From positions 5,504,001 to 5,568,000 of the forward strand of contig OZ244999.1 in assembly GCA_965223265.1 (NCBI GenBank): a stretch of DNA of 64,000 bases, read 5' to 3'. Shown in pieces: positions 1 through 11,200 of this stretch (positions within the stretch are counted from its first letter, which is position 1; each line of letters starts with the position of its first letter). Source of the stretch: Planctomycetota bacterium. GTDB lineage: Bacteria > Planctomycetota > UBA8108 > SXIK01. Under the pieces are notes generated by a model. It saw only the letters and a program-made list of their open reading frames with translations. It ran no database searches and had not been told where the DNA came from. Position numbers and translations under genes: made by a program.

Positions 1-697
1 CAACCGCAGGGAGAAGCTCCGTGTAGAGGTTGTGACGCGGACGGTGCCCGGTCGAGTCGTAGCGCAACATGAAGGCTTTGTCGACGAGTTGAAATCCAGG
101 GACCATGTCATAGCTCGCACGCGTCTGTAGCTCTTTCGTGCCGAGAAGGACGATCCGGTTCGCTGACTCTTCGGTGCGAAAATGCTTCGCCCAAGCGCGC
201 GCTTCGTCGAGAGTCGGAACGCCGAGTTTCGGGCCGTAGAGAAGAAGGTGAACGTGCACAATGCGCTCATCGTCGAGGGAGACGTCGGTGTACTCCTGAA
301 AGTACTCGTCGATCGACCGCAAGTTCTGCTGGGGGGTGAAGCCTTGAAACGAGCCGTAACGGTGAGCTCCGGCAAACGCCTGGCAGGCTGGGCACGACAT
401 ACCGATCGGCTCGATTAGAAGCACTTGACCGCGCAGCGACGAGAGCTGGACGTAGTCTCCGGTGGAAGACTGAAGCACCAGATCGGGGTAACGCTTGCTC
501 AGACGCGGCGGCCACTCCACCTGCCGGTTGATCGCAATCTCGAACGTGAGCGCCGATGTTCCTGGGTTGGCAGCAGCGGCGGCGGCAGACGCGCTCGGCC
601 GCGAATCTCCGCCGTAGCAACCATGCAGCGTCGCGACGATGACCGCCGACCAAACGCACCTCACGATCCACTGTATGATCCCCGCGAAGCTTCGCAT
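1..697 (-). CDS. Thioredoxin-fold (TlpA/redoxin-like) lipoprotein, 3' end cut by window edge; missing from the ORF track
   Basis: Manual translation from ATG at 697 (GAGGAG upstream): MRSFAGIIQWIVRCVWSAVIVATLHGC (lipobox-like) ... YPDLVLQSSTGDYVQLSSLRGQVLLIEPIGMSCPACQ ... MVPGFQLVDK. It has a CxxC motif and the VP cis-Pro motif and stays open to position 1. Confidence 0.75.
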   Translation of the reverse strand, partial: MRSFAGIIQWIVRCVWSAVIVATLHGCYGGDSRPSASAAAAAANPGTSALTFEIAINRQVEWPPRLSKRYPDLVLQSSTGDYVQLSSLRGQVLLIEPIGMSCPACQAFAGAHRYGSFQGFTPQQNLRSIDEYFQEYTDVSLDDERIVHVHLLLYGPKLGVPTLDEARAWAKHFRTEESANRIVLLGTKELQTRASYDMVPGFQLVDKAFMLRYDSTGHRPRHNLYTELLPAV

Positions 698-765
698 GTT
701 TTTCTCCTCAAGCACTCTCATTGGCTCCCAGCGACCGCTCACAACGAAGGAGTGACTCCGGCCGC

Positions 766-1275
766 TCAGTATTTGCCGAAGATGTTACGCTTCTTTCCAG
801 TCGCGTCGAAGGTTGCGAGAAACGGCTCTTCACCTGCGTCGCTCAGTCCGAGCCCAAAGACGATGCGATCGCTGCCCGATCGATCTTTGAAGACGAGGAC
901 CGGCGATTCGTTGCGTCCGGCCAACCGCAAGAGCAGTCGAAGTCTCTCTTTGCCGTCGAATAAACCCATTAGAGGCAGCCCAGCCTCACCCCGAGCGACA
1001 CGGCCGGAGTAAGTTCCGAGCTGCAGCCGACGACCACCGCTTCGCGCGAAGAGTTCCAGCACCTTGCCAGGTGTCGCGATGGTGTCGTCCGTGACGCGCC
1101 GCTGTCGCAGGACTTTGAGAAAGGCCGCGACATCTGCTATGTCCCCAGGAGAGAGCTGTTCAGACTCCGTCGCAGCTTCAGTCCGTGGGGTTTGGCGACC
1201 CACGAAGCCTGACACGACACCGCCGGCGAATCCCCCGACGAGCGCCAGAGTCACAACCATGTAGCTACTTTTCAT
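766..1275 (-). CDS. Hypothetical exported or membrane-anchored protein with short beta-type repeats
   Basis: Start MKSSYMVVTLALVGG (hydrophobic N-terminus). Repeated L-x-x-x-D-x-x-G-x-x-R-like units in the C-terminal half. Overlaps the stop of the upstream gene. Confidence 0.6.
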   Translation of the reverse strand: MKSSYMVVTLALVGGFAGGVVSGFVGRQTPRTEAATESEQLSPGDIADVAAFLKVLRQRRVTDDTIATPGKVLELFARSGGRRLQLGTYSGRVARGEAGLPLMGLFDGKERLRLLLRLAGRNESPVLVFKDRSGSDRIVFGLGLSDAGEEPFLATFDATGKKRNIFGKY

Positions 1276-2170
1276 CGTGTTTCCCCGCTTGCTGGCGGCT
1301 CGCGTCCCGACGCTGGATCGGGTCCTTCGTCGGTGGCGATCGAAGATCTTCCAGCCGTCGCTCAACGTCATCCCGGCGCGGACTTGTCGGAAACCGTTCA
1401 AGAAAGCGACGAAACTCGATCTCAGCGTGTACCCGCACCCCCTCCGACTCAAACGCGCGTGCAAGCCAATATCGTGCGGTCTCGTCACCAGGATCGTTCT
1501 CGAGGATGCGATAGAAATGAACGATGGCTTGGGCGTGACGATCGCTATGGTAATAGGCCAAACCGTGGATCAACTCGGTGGTGCTCGCCGGATCATCATC
1601 GACAGGCAACGCGGGTTTCTCTGCCCCCCTGACTTGGAGATGCTCGACCGCATCGCGCGCCAGATCCCGGCAAAGCTCTCCCAAAGATGAGAGTCTGCCG
1701 TTCACTTCGAAAGCCGCCACTACCGCCGTTGTCTCCGTGTCGTATATCGTCGCAGACACCTCGACGAAGTCTCTGTCGTGAACGCGCAACCGCCCCGACC
1801 GCACACTCCCCGTCAGGACGAACTGGGCTGATGTGACGCCTCTAAACTCATCGATGTCTTCACGAGTTAAGTTCTCCCACCGCAGCCCGATCTCGCGTAT
1901 GGAACGTTCGAGCGACTCTCGATCGACGACCGTGAGAGGTGGGGAATCGGGCTCTGACACTGGAGCAGCGTCACCGGTAGTGTCGCTCAGGAAGACCGTG
2001 ACGAGATCCGGAATCGCGTGGCGCAGCGAACTCAGCGCGGCGTCGCCGCTAGCGTTTTCGAACGGCAAGATGAGCAGAGTCGGCCGCGGCTTTGTCTCTT
2101 CGGAGGCCCGGAGCGTTGACAGAATCGCCATCGCAACGACAGCGACACGGCTCAATAGAAAGTGCTTCAT
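1265..2170 (-). CDS. Exported CsgG/FlgO-like domain + TPR protein
   Basis: Signal peptide MKHFLLSRVAVVAMAIL; LLILPFEN...VVDRESLE...AQFVLTGSV pattern; C-terminal TPR (AQAIVHFYRILENDPGDETARYWLARAFE). ATGA overlap with the upstream gene. Confidence 0.7.
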   Translation of the reverse strand: MKHFLLSRVAVVAMAILSTLRASEETKPRPTLLILPFENASGDAALSSLRHAIPDLVTVFLSDTTGDAAPVSEPDSPPLTVVDRESLERSIREIGLRWENLTREDIDEFRGVTSAQFVLTGSVRSGRLRVHDRDFVEVSATIYDTETTAVVAAFEVNGRLSSLGELCRDLARDAVEHLQVRGAEKPALPVDDDPASTTELIHGLAYYHSDRHAQAIVHFYRILENDPGDETARYWLARAFESEGVRVHAEIEFRRFLERFPTSPRRDDVERRLEDLRSPPTKDPIQRRDASRQQAGKHDEK

Positions 2171-5100
2171 GGCGCCTCCCGCCGTGGCGTGATCTGATAC
2201 AAGCCGTTGAACCAAGTCCCTATCCATACCGTTCGACCATCTGGTTCGACGACCAGAGAGCTCGGCTGACTGAGCACCTCATGCGGCGGATTCAAGACCC
2301 GATGCCGCACGCCGTCGAAGTAGCCGAGCCCGACGCTGCGCTCTTCGGCTGCAGGCAGATACCACACGCCGCTGCGCGGGTCGGGCACAAGACTGCCGAT
2401 CGACCAATAAAGAACCGGCGACGTGTTTGGCGTGTAGTGTCGCCACTCGGGCTGACGGTCGACAGAATTTAGACGCAGCATACCGGTGCCGGACACGCCA
2501 ACCCAAAGGGCACGCTGCGCGTCAAGTGCGATGTCGAGTATGCGCCGACCTGTCGCAACCTTTGGGAGCCTCACGCGCCGAGAATGATCCGGGGTGGTCG
2601 CGTTGAAAACGTGGAGATCGCCTACGTCCGTCGCAACCCAAAGGTCTCGTCGCTCTGCGTCGTATGCAAGAGCGGTCACGGGCGCTCTCACGTTTCGCAC
2701 ACCGTACACCCGCCGGCCGTCAAACTCTGCAACGTCGCCTGCAGTCGTGCCGACAGAGATGCGCCCTTCCGTGCTTCCGAATTCGATGTCGGCGATCGCA
2801 CCACTAAGCTGCGGTACCGTCGTCGAATGAAAGCGTGGCGGCACTCCGGTCGCAAGGGTCGCATCGATCGATCTCGGGTTGTGAATAGACCCGAGTCGCG
2901 GTTGCGGTAAGTGCGTTGACCCAAACCACACCCGGCCGTCACGGCTGGCGGTAATGTGCGTGACGAAATGATGAAAAAACCCCTGCGAGACGTCCGTAGC
3001 CAGGAAGCGGTCCTTATCCTTGTACATGACGCCGCTTTCAATGCCCCACCAGATGCGTCCGCTCGGGTCGATTCCGAGCGATGTAACGTCAGAGACGCGC
3101 ACGCGCGCCTGCGCAAAGATGCGGGTCCAGACGTTGCCGTCAGCGTCAGACTCGGTCTCGCGGTAGATCGGCCAATTGCGAGTATCCTTGTCGATCGGCT
3201 CGCCGCTGACATTGAACTTGCGGTATTGCCTCAAATCGACATGTTCGTCGCCTTTCAAAGCGACAATAAATTCGCCGCCGAGCGCCGCGGCCGCCGCATA
3301 AGGCTCGAGTCCAGCGCGCGTGACGAGATCGAGAACTGGCTCATCTGTGTCCGGATGAAAGTGAGAAAATTGGAGGCCATATTGATTGTCCGAGAGAAGC
3401 AGAAGCAGCTCACCTCGCGCAAGAGGGAAGAGCCGAACGCGGTGGGCTCGCGCGGTGCTCAGCGTCGACTGGTTCCAGAATTTGATCGTGAATTTTCGCC
3501 GCTGCCACCTTTTGGCATCCACGGAGCTCCACAAGTGGACGGTTCCCGCCGTGCCTAGGAAACAGAGTCGAAGGACGCCAGAACTGTCCTCCGCCAAAGA
3601 GATGCCGTACGCAGGGCTTTTGAGTACGATCGACGCGGCGACTTGCCATTCGAAAACACTGCTTGCTTTTAGGACCACGACCTGCCGCTTCGCTAGCGAA
3701 TAGTAAGCGAGAATCCATTGGCCCCGACGATCCTGCAGGATGTCATACTCCAGCAGCTGCGACGGCACGTGGATACGTTCTTCCATCCCGGCGTCTACGA
3801 AACGCTCCAAAGGCACTCGGCGTGGCCGACTCCACCGCGTTTGACTAGCTCCACGGGCACGCATTCGCGGCGCCAGCGATGGCAGGGTGCGCGGCCCCGA
3901 CTCGCTGCGATGTTCATGGACGAGCGGCTTGACGGCAAAGCGCTCGAGAGACGCCATCCACAGCTCCCAGCCGCGGCCACGACGTGTCGAGATCCAGCTG
4001 AGCCACAGACGTCCATCTTCGGAGAGAGACCAGCGCGGGCTGTAGTCCTCGCTTTGTGAGTCGATCTCGAGAGGTGCGAACGTACTCCACCGACGACCAT
4101 CTTGGCTCTGCGCCAACGAGAGCTCTGTCGGACTCGCATCGAGCTGTCCATCCGCCGAGACAAGAAAGAATCCGTGCCGCGGGTGACGGATGAGATCCAA
4201 CTCCTTTTTCGGCTCGTAGTAAGACTCACGCCGACTTCGTGTCGACCCGACGAGCTCGGGTGGCGGCAGGTCGACACTTCCTAACGGCTGTCCTTCCCAA
4301 AAACCTTTGACGCTCTTCCGTTCTGAATCGCGGCGCGGTGATGGGAGGCCGTCATCGGGCCGTAGCTGAACCTCCAAGCGCCAGGAACGAACCTCCGCCT
4401 GGCTCTCCGCAAGCTGTACGGCGAAGACGCCCTGATGCTCGCCGTGAAAGGAGATCTGTTTCTGCAGCGTCGTGAAACGTGCTGTCTGTCCGAAGATGGC
4501 GCCAAACCAGCGGCGCTCGTGATCGCGAGGGAGCGGAAACGGAAGCACGCGCATAGCGTACGAATGATAAGGCCGGCGAACGCGTAGACGACCGGTGACG
4601 CTCAGATCAACTCCGGTCGCGCGATGACCGCGCGGCACAATCACGACGTAAAGTCTCTCGCGCCAACCAGGCTCCTCTCCTTCCGGATCGAAAAGAGACG
4701 CCGTACGATCAAATCGTAGCTCAACGTGGGTCGGATCGGCGGCGCTAAGGACAAGAACACCTCGGGGTGCGGTCAATCCTTCGGCGCTTCGAGTCTGTGG
4801 ATCCAGCTGGCGAAAAATCGTCGCCATACTGGCGATCGACTCACGGAAGAGTGTCAGGGCGTGCTCCCAACCAAAAAAGGTCGAGGCGCGACCTTGCGAT
4901 CGGCGAAGTCGCTCTGGGTCTCGGCGGGCTCGCGAGCAAAAAGTGTCGATCGTGTGGAACTGACGATACGCCTCGACAAGCTCACCACGCGAAAAGAGTA
5001 GTCGGCCGAGACGGAAGGAGGCTTCCAAGGTGTGAGGGCTGGTCGGCCGAAGCTTCACGAGCCGCCGGTAGACGTCGATCGCCTCGGCATCGTCGCCAAG

Positions 5101-5982
5101 TCGATCCTCGAGCACGCGTGCCGCGAAGTAGAGAGCGTCACGCGCTTCAGTGGATTGTGGTCGCCGCTCGTGCAGTCGCAGATGCGAAGCGACGGCGTGG
5201 TCGTACTCGCCGATCGCTTCGAACATTCTCCCTAGCCAGAGCTGCGCCTCGGCAAAACTCGAGTCCTGTCGTAGTGCTTGGAGAAGCTCACCGATCGCTT
5301 CGGGATAACGCCCACGATCGTAGTGGTCCATAGCATGGTAGAACCGCTCGGTTGCCGGCATCGACGACGTCGGCGCGAAGCGAATGTTCCTCTCTTCCTC
5401 ATCCGTAAGAGCCACATGCTCTTCGCGCAAGAGAGTCACGGCGGCCTCAGCTACGAGCGAACGAAGCTCGCCGTAGCTTCCTGTCGTCTTCGAACGCCGT
5501 ACGATCTTCTGGTCCTTCAGATTGAGCAGCGAGACTGTCAGTGAGATCGTCTCACCGTCGAGTCGGTAGTCACCGAAGACGACCTGGTCGACTTTGGCGA
5601 CGCGACCGACGCGAAGAGCTCTCTCCTCGTCTGCGAGTGCGGAATCGCTAAGCGCCACCTCGTCGGTGAACGTCTGCATCCGTTCGCGGTCTAGAACGAC
5701 GATCGAAGCGGCCTGCGAAAAACTCTTGATGAGAAGATCCGCAATCGCCTTACTCAGCCACGTGTTTTTCGCGTGCTCGGCCAGAAGAGGACCAACCGTG
5801 AGTGTGCGCTGACTCTCAGTTGTCGGGATACTTTGAGGCGGCTGCGCCGTGTCGGAGAAGTTCACCACTGCGAGACGACGCGCCACCGGCTCCGTTGCCG
5901 GAGCAACCTGGGTCGCGACGTCGGCGCAGACGGGAGCGCAAATCAGCGCAGCCCACAACAGCTTCGTAGTGCTTTGGCGCAT
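2167..5982 (-). CDS. Large exported protein: CsgG/FlgO-like N-domain, TPR array, C-terminal beta-propeller repeats
   Basis: 1271 aa with signal peptide; VVLDRERMQ...ALRVGRVAKVDQVVFG; several TPR helices; propeller repeats (VTSLGIDPSGRIWWG, ILDIALDAQRALWVG, LVVEPDGRTVWIGT). Confidence 0.75.
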   Translation of the reverse strand: MRQSTTKLLWAALICAPVCADVATQVAPATEPVARRLAVVNFSDTAQPPQSIPTTESQRTLTVGPLLAEHAKNTWLSKAIADLLIKSFSQAASIVVLDRERMQTFTDEVALSDSALADEERALRVGRVAKVDQVVFGDYRLDGETISLTVSLLNLKDQKIVRRSKTTGSYGELRSLVAEAAVTLLREEHVALTDEEERNIRFAPTSSMPATERFYHAMDHYDRGRYPEAIGELLQALRQDSSFAEAQLWLGRMFEAIGEYDHAVASHLRLHERRPQSTEARDALYFAARVLEDRLGDDAEAIDVYRRLVKLRPTSPHTLEASFRLGRLLFSRGELVEAYRQFHTIDTFCSRARRDPERLRRSQGRASTFFGWEHALTLFRESIASMATIFRQLDPQTRSAEGLTAPRGVLVLSAADPTHVELRFDRTASLFDPEGEEPGWRERLYVVIVPRGHRATGVDLSVTGRLRVRRPYHSYAMRVLPFPLPRDHERRWFGAIFGQTARFTTLQKQISFHGEHQGVFAVQLAESQAEVRSWRLEVQLRPDDGLPSPRRDSERKSVKGFWEGQPLGSVDLPPPELVGSTRSRRESYYEPKKELDLIRHPRHGFFLVSADGQLDASPTELSLAQSQDGRRWSTFAPLEIDSQSEDYSPRWSLSEDGRLWLSWISTRRGRGWELWMASLERFAVKPLVHEHRSESGPRTLPSLAPRMRARGASQTRWSRPRRVPLERFVDAGMEERIHVPSQLLEYDILQDRRGQWILAYYSLAKRQVVVLKASSVFEWQVAASIVLKSPAYGISLAEDSSGVLRLCFLGTAGTVHLWSSVDAKRWQRRKFTIKFWNQSTLSTARAHRVRLFPLARGELLLLLSDNQYGLQFSHFHPDTDEPVLDLVTRAGLEPYAAAAALGGEFIVALKGDEHVDLRQYRKFNVSGEPIDKDTRNWPIYRETESDADGNVWTRIFAQARVRVSDVTSLGIDPSGRIWWGIESGVMYKDKDRFLATDVSQGFFHHFVTHITASRDGRVWFGSTHLPQPRLGSIHNPRSIDATLATGVPPRFHSTTVPQLSGAIADIEFGSTEGRISVGTTAGDVAEFDGRRVYGVRNVRAPVTALAYDAERRDLWVATDVGDLHVFNATTPDHSRRVRLPKVATGRRILDIALDAQRALWVGVSGTGMLRLNSVDRQPEWRHYTPNTSPVLYWSIGSLVPDPRSGVWYLPAAEERSVGLGYFDGVRHRVLNPPHEVLSQPSSLVVEPDGRTVWIGTWFNGLYQITPRREAP

Positions 5983-6025
5983 CGAGCTCAGCGAAATGGC
6001 GACAACCGCGAACGAACGACCGACA

Positions 6026-7039
6026 CTATTTGTCGAGGTCCTTTAGGATACGCAGCGCTGTTCGCTCGGCGATCTTGGCGGCGGCCTTCTGGATCGCAGT
6101 TTTCCCCGCGATCTGTTCCGAGACGTCGACCGCGACCTCAGTTTGGCGATCGACAGCGATGATTCTCCCTGTATCCCGTTCGATAGCCTTCACTTCGACG
6201 CGCCCCTTGCAGGAGACCAAGTTGCCCTTGCGCAGCGCGAACTCACTGAAAGCTTCTCCCGTTATTTCCACGTCGGGTTGTTTGACTGTGGTTTCGGCGT
6301 CAACCAGATCGAATCCGAGAGTTTGAAAGAGGAAACTGATTTCGGTCTCAGCGGCTGGATCGAGTGTTTCGGAGCGAATATGTCGTTCAGCGACGACAAC
6401 TGAGACTGTGGGAAGGTTCTTCCCTTCAACCATGATCTTCAGGCTTTCAAGCAAGCTCTCCTCTTTCGATGCGGCAGGGGCGACGAGTAACCGCCCCTTG
6501 TTTGCAATGGTTTTCGCGACTTTGTCTGCCAACTTGCGGCTGGCCTCTGCGTGAGACTTCCGAACGGAGAAGGATACGAATTCTCCGAAGACCTTACTGG
6601 TCTCAACGCCGACGATTTTTGCCGCGATATAGAGCTCATTCTGAACTGCGAAGATCCTCCCGGTAACAAGGATCTTCGCGCCGGTGATCTGTCCGATTTT
6701 CGCCGCTGTCTCATTCGACACCGTCCCTGAGAGACCCAGCTCCATCTCACTGACGATCTTGTCGAGCTCGTCTCGCTCGACGAGAGACATCCCGTCCGCA
6801 GCCGAGAGGTGCGTGACGATGAGCTGCGTGACCGGCGCCTCCAATTCCTTGAGTGGAGCGCTCGCAGCGTGAAACGGCAACACTGCAACGGAGGTCGCCG
6901 CGGCGGATGTATCGCTCTCGGATTCCTGCGTTGTGTTGAGTTCCTCTTCTGCAAACAACGCCGTTGGCGTCGCGATCGCGCACATCGCTGCGACAAACAT
7001 CACGGGGACGAGCAAGTGGGTTGGATCTTTGAGCTGCAT
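6026..7039 (-). CDS. CsgG/HfaB-family (curli assembly/transport-like) exported protein
   Basis: Signal peptide; VAVLPF...LVERDELDKIVSEMELGLSG...AAKIGQITGAKILVTG is the typical CsgG-family signature; a second alpha/beta domain follows. Confidence 0.8.
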   Translation of the reverse strand: MQLKDPTHLLVPVMFVAAMCAIATPTALFAEEELNTTQESESDTSAAATSVAVLPFHAASAPLKELEAPVTQLIVTHLSAADGMSLVERDELDKIVSEMELGLSGTVSNETAAKIGQITGAKILVTGRIFAVQNELYIAAKIVGVETSKVFGEFVSFSVRKSHAEASRKLADKVAKTIANKGRLLVAPAASKEESLLESLKIMVEGKNLPTVSVVVAERHIRSETLDPAAETEISFLFQTLGFDLVDAETTVKQPDVEITGEAFSEFALRKGNLVSCKGRVEVKAIERDTGRIIAVDRQTEVAVDVSEQIAGKTAIQKAAAKIAERTALRILKDLDK

Positions 7040-7054
7040 GCCTAAACCTCAGTT

Positions 7055-7915
7055 CTACGAGTCAAGAACGTTCGACATCTGAAAGATTTCCAGAAGCAAT
7101 TTGCTGGCGCGTGGATCGCTGTCTAAATCGTCAAGAAACTTCATATCGACGACCGTCGAAACCGACGCTTGCTCACGCGTGACGACAATTTTCGGAAAGG
7201 TGGTGAAACCTTCGTTCAAGACGATGACCGCGCCCCGCGAGCGCATAGTCCCCTGTGACAATGCGAGTTCTGACGGTGTCACGAGGACCGTCACTGCTGG
7301 GACGCGAGGATCGAGGGCGCCAGCCTTTAGGTCGACGACGCGGACGTCGCGCTCTGTCAGAAACCGAGCCAGTTTCCCGTTCGTGTCGAGGCGAAGATGG
7401 ACGCGCCTCGACCAGCGCGAGAGCGGTGCCAATAGATCGTCAGGGTAGACCCGGAGACGGGCGGTCTCGACGTCTTGCCAGGCGTCCTCGCGAGCTCGTT
7501 TCGCTTCGAGAGCAACCATAATCGTCGTCTCCGACTCGACGTCGGGGAGTGATACGACGACTTCCACGTCGCGGGGTTGGCCGCCCGCGAGAGGCTCGCG
7601 CGACAGGACAGTAACTCTGTCACCGATCGGTGCTGCCGTTGCGAACGTGGTCTGCAGCATCTGGAGCCGCACATCGACCACTTCGTCTGAAGAAGCCTCG
7701 AGCCTGACCGTCATCTTGACGTCGCGGCCGCCGAAGACGTGGCGTGCAGCACGGCCGACCGGCAACGGTGTCGCGCTCTTCGGCTGTGCCGGCAGCAGTG
7801 TGACCGTCACCGGAGCGACTACTTCCTCACTGTCGTCCTGAGCGGCGCTAGCAGCGGCAAGAAGACAAGGTAGGAGAAGACACGCGATCCCAAGCTCGTG
7901 CAGTTTCAAATCCAT
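7055..7915 (-). CDS. Hypothetical exported protein, first gene of the CsgG-like operon
   Basis: Likely start MDLKLHELGIACLLLPCLLAAASAAQ (signal peptide with AxA site), then a beta-rich Ig-like region; 15 bp from the next gene. Confidence 0.6.
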   Translation of the reverse strand: MDLKLHELGIACLLLPCLLAAASAAQDDSEEVVAPVTVTLLPAQPKSATPLPVGRAARHVFGGRDVKMTVRLEASSDEVVDVRLQMLQTTFATAAPIGDRVTVLSREPLAGGQPRDVEVVVSLPDVESETTIMVALEAKRAREDAWQDVETARLRVYPDDLLAPLSRWSRRVHLRLDTNGKLARFLTERDVRVVDLKAGALDPRVPAVTVLVTPSELALSQGTMRSRGAVIVLNEGFTTFPKIVVTREQASVSTVVDMKFLDDLDSDPRASKLLLEIFQMSNVLDS

Positions 7916-8100
7916 CGGCAGGCTCCCGGTCGGAGAAAGCGGTGTGGAAGTATACAACAGACGTGAACACGCCCCCGACTCACACGCGCGCGAGTTCCAA
8001 GAACTTCGACGTTGGAGGTTTATCGACTCACCGGTGCCTGGTAAAATTCGCGTTCTACCTGCCGCTGACTCGAATGAACGATTCCTGTACTTCTCGCCGG

Positions 8101-8117
8101 CTGGTGGAACCTTTGCG
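8101..8117 (+). promoter_or_regulatory. Possible sigma54-type -24/-12 element
   Basis: CTGGTGGAACCTTTGCG has GG-N10-GC spacing with TTGC, ~90 bp upstream of the likely ATG at 8206. The match to TGGCACG-N4-TTGC is only partial. Confidence 0.25.
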
Positions 8118-8205
8118 AAGAGCTCTGCGTTCGAAGAATGTTGGTCCAAATTTGACCAAACCAACCGCAGCGATCGAGTCGCCCAGGCTATGGAGACGGG
8201 AATGC

Positions 8206-11200
8206 ATGGGGCGTAAGCTTGCCTCGAACTTTCCAAAACGGCGCGCCGTTTTGTATTTCGTGGTCGCTCTGTTGTCGCGGCCGCTCGATGCGTTGGTGAT
8301 CTCCGAAATCCACTACAACCCGATCGAGGGTCGCCAGCTCGAATTCATCGAACTCACCAACGATGAGCCAACGCCTGAGGATGTTTCCGGGTGGTCGTTT
8401 ACTGAAGGTGTACGCTACACGTTCCCTCCTGGCACCGTCGTATTTGGCGGCGACGTTTTGGTGGTTTGCGCAGATGTTGAGTCCGTCCGTTCGACCTACG
8501 GGATCAACAACGTCGTTGGCAACTTCGACGGCCGCCTCGACGGCAGCGGCGAGCGTCTGACTCTCGTCAATCACGCCGGAGCCGTCATACAAAGCCTTCG
8601 ATACCAGACAGACGGCAAATGGCCTGTAGGCCCCGACGGCGGCGGACACTCCCTCATACTTCGAAGTTTGCACGTCGACACCTCAGAGCCTGAGAGCTGG
8701 ACCCAAAGTCCGGAGCTAGGCGGCAGTCCGGGATTCGTCAACGACCCCGAAGTTCGTATTCAATTCGATGAGGAGGTGCTGATCGAAATCGGCGACGAAT
8801 GGCGGTTTCGCAAAGGCACGTCTCCTTTCTCCGATCCAGAAAACGCGTGGCAGCTGCCCGAGTTCGACGACTCAGACTGGGAGATCGGCCCATCCGGCTT
8901 CGGGTTTTCGGACGACGATGATGCGACCGTCTGGGACGATATGCAGGGGCAGTACGTGTCGGGGGTTGTGCGCCGGACGTTTGAGCTCTCCGAGGAGCAG
9001 TTCGGCGAGCTCGACGCGGTGTTTCTCGACATCAATTTCGACGACGGCTTCTGCGCCTTCATTAACGGTGTCGAGTTCGCCCGCACGAATTGCCCAGAAG
9101 AGCCCTTGTGGAATGAAACAGCACGTGGGTTTCACGAAGCGACGTCGCGCGGCTTCGAGCTCCATGAAATGCAGCGCGAGGACCTCCGCGTGGGGACGAA
9201 CGTGCTCGCCATCATTGGATACAACCGCAGAGTGAACGACGGCGACTTCAGCCTGCTGCCGCGAGTTTTACATCGCCGTTCGATCGTTCCGCAGCTCGGC
9301 CCTACACGCGCGCTGTTTTTCAACGAGCTGTATCGTGGAAGCGAAGCTGAAGCCGGCTGGATCGAGATCTACAACGCTGAGAGTGTCGCCAGAGATCTCT
9401 CGGGTTGGAGCTTGGCAGCCGATCCCCAGCAACTCGAACGGTTCGTGTTCGGCGAAGGGAACGCAATTCCGGCGCTAGGATACCTCGTTGTCGACGCAAA
9501 CATCGCGAATGTCGCCCTGACCGCCAACGAACCGGTACAGCTATTCCTCTTCTCTCCGGATGGATTTGTTGGCGCGGCCGCAACCTTCGATCGGCTCGTT
9601 CCCGACGGGATGGCCCCTGAGCTCTTTTCTGAAGCGCGATTTCCCGACGGCAACGGGCGCAGCTGGCTCACGCCGACACGAACGCCGGGAGCGACCAACG
9701 ACGTCCCTCGCGTGACGGACGTCGTCATCAATGAAATCCACTATCATCCGCCGGAAGAGCGGGCTGGCGAGTTTCTCGAACTGTACAACCGTGGCCAGGC
9801 CGCTATTGATCTCAGCGGGTTTCGTTTCACAAGAGGCATCGACGTCACTTTCGCGGGCGGGACGGTTCTAGCACCCGGTGGTTACCTGGTGTTAGCAGAG
9901 GATCCAAGACTGTTACAGCAGACTTACGGCGTCGCCGGTGCCATCGAGTACGAAGGCACGCTTGCCAACGGCGGCGAAAACGTCCGACTTGTCGACACGC
10001 TTGGAAACCTTGTGGATGAAGTGAGGTACTTCGACGGTGGCACGTGGCCCCTATGGGCTGATGGGCGTGGATCAAGTCTGGAGTTGATCGACCCGCACCA
10101 AGACAATGACTTTGCCGCAGCATGGGAAGCGAGCGACGAGACCGGCAAGGCACCGTGGGAACAGCATTCGTTCCACGTGCCACGTCTCGGCAGCTCGAGT
10201 GAGACCGAACTGCAGATCATGCTTGCTGAGCGTGGCATCTGCCACATTGACGACGTCTCTATAACTGGCGACGCGTTCGTCGAATCGCCCCTCCTGCCGG
10301 CGGGCGCTGAGTGGCGGTTTCGCAAAGGTACCGGCCCGTTCTCTGATCCGGCCAACGCGTGGATGATGAGCGAGTTCGACGACTCATCGTGGGAGACTGC
10401 CGTTGCCGGGTTTGGATACGGCGATGAAGGTCTTGGAACGATTCTCGACGACATGCAAGAGAACTACAACACGCTTGCCATCCGAGCGCGCTTTGAAATG
10501 ACGCAGGAGCAGCTAAGCAACGAACGGCTCGAATTCTACTTCGGAATCTATTACGACGACGGATACTGCGCTTTCTTAAACGGCGAGCTACTCGATCGTC
10601 GCGGCTGTTCACGCAATCCGGCTTGGGATGACACCGCTCGCATTGGGCACGAGGCCGACGAGGAGATTACGATCCGAATTCCGGAGGAACGACTGCGAGT
10701 TGGAGAGAACGTCCTCGCAGTTCTCGGTGTCAATCGAGTCGCTCGCGTCGCCCCAGGATCCCCGGAATTCGCAGCCGACGACGATTTCACACTTCACCCA
10801 CGAGTCTTCGTGCTACGCCCCGAAGGGCGCAGCCAAAACCTCCTCGCCAACCCCGGTTTTGAGGAAGACACTGCGACGTGGCGATTTGAAGGGACCCACT
10901 CGCGTAGCCGCCGAGTGCAGGACGATGCAAACGGCGGCAGTGCATGTCTTGAGATGATCGCGACTGGGAAGGGCGACATGACATGCAATCGGATCGAGAC
11001 CGACACCGAGCCACGATTGACAGCTGACCGGCGGTACGACATCTCGCTGGCGACACGATGGGTGCGCGGCTCCAGCCTGCTCCTCGTGCATGGCACCTTT
11101 TCGCCAGGCGAGTGGCCTGGGACGCGCGACTCCAACCTCTCCGGCAACGAGATCGCACAAGCCATCCGCATGGCCATACCCGACGATCTCGGCACCCCCG

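Noticed and set aside
7942-8205. N-terminal extensions given in the ORF track (also 17279, 15600, 18319, 23280, 24892, 26745, 27081)
   Set aside because: Downstream starts fit ribosome-binding sites, signal peptides or family N-termini better.
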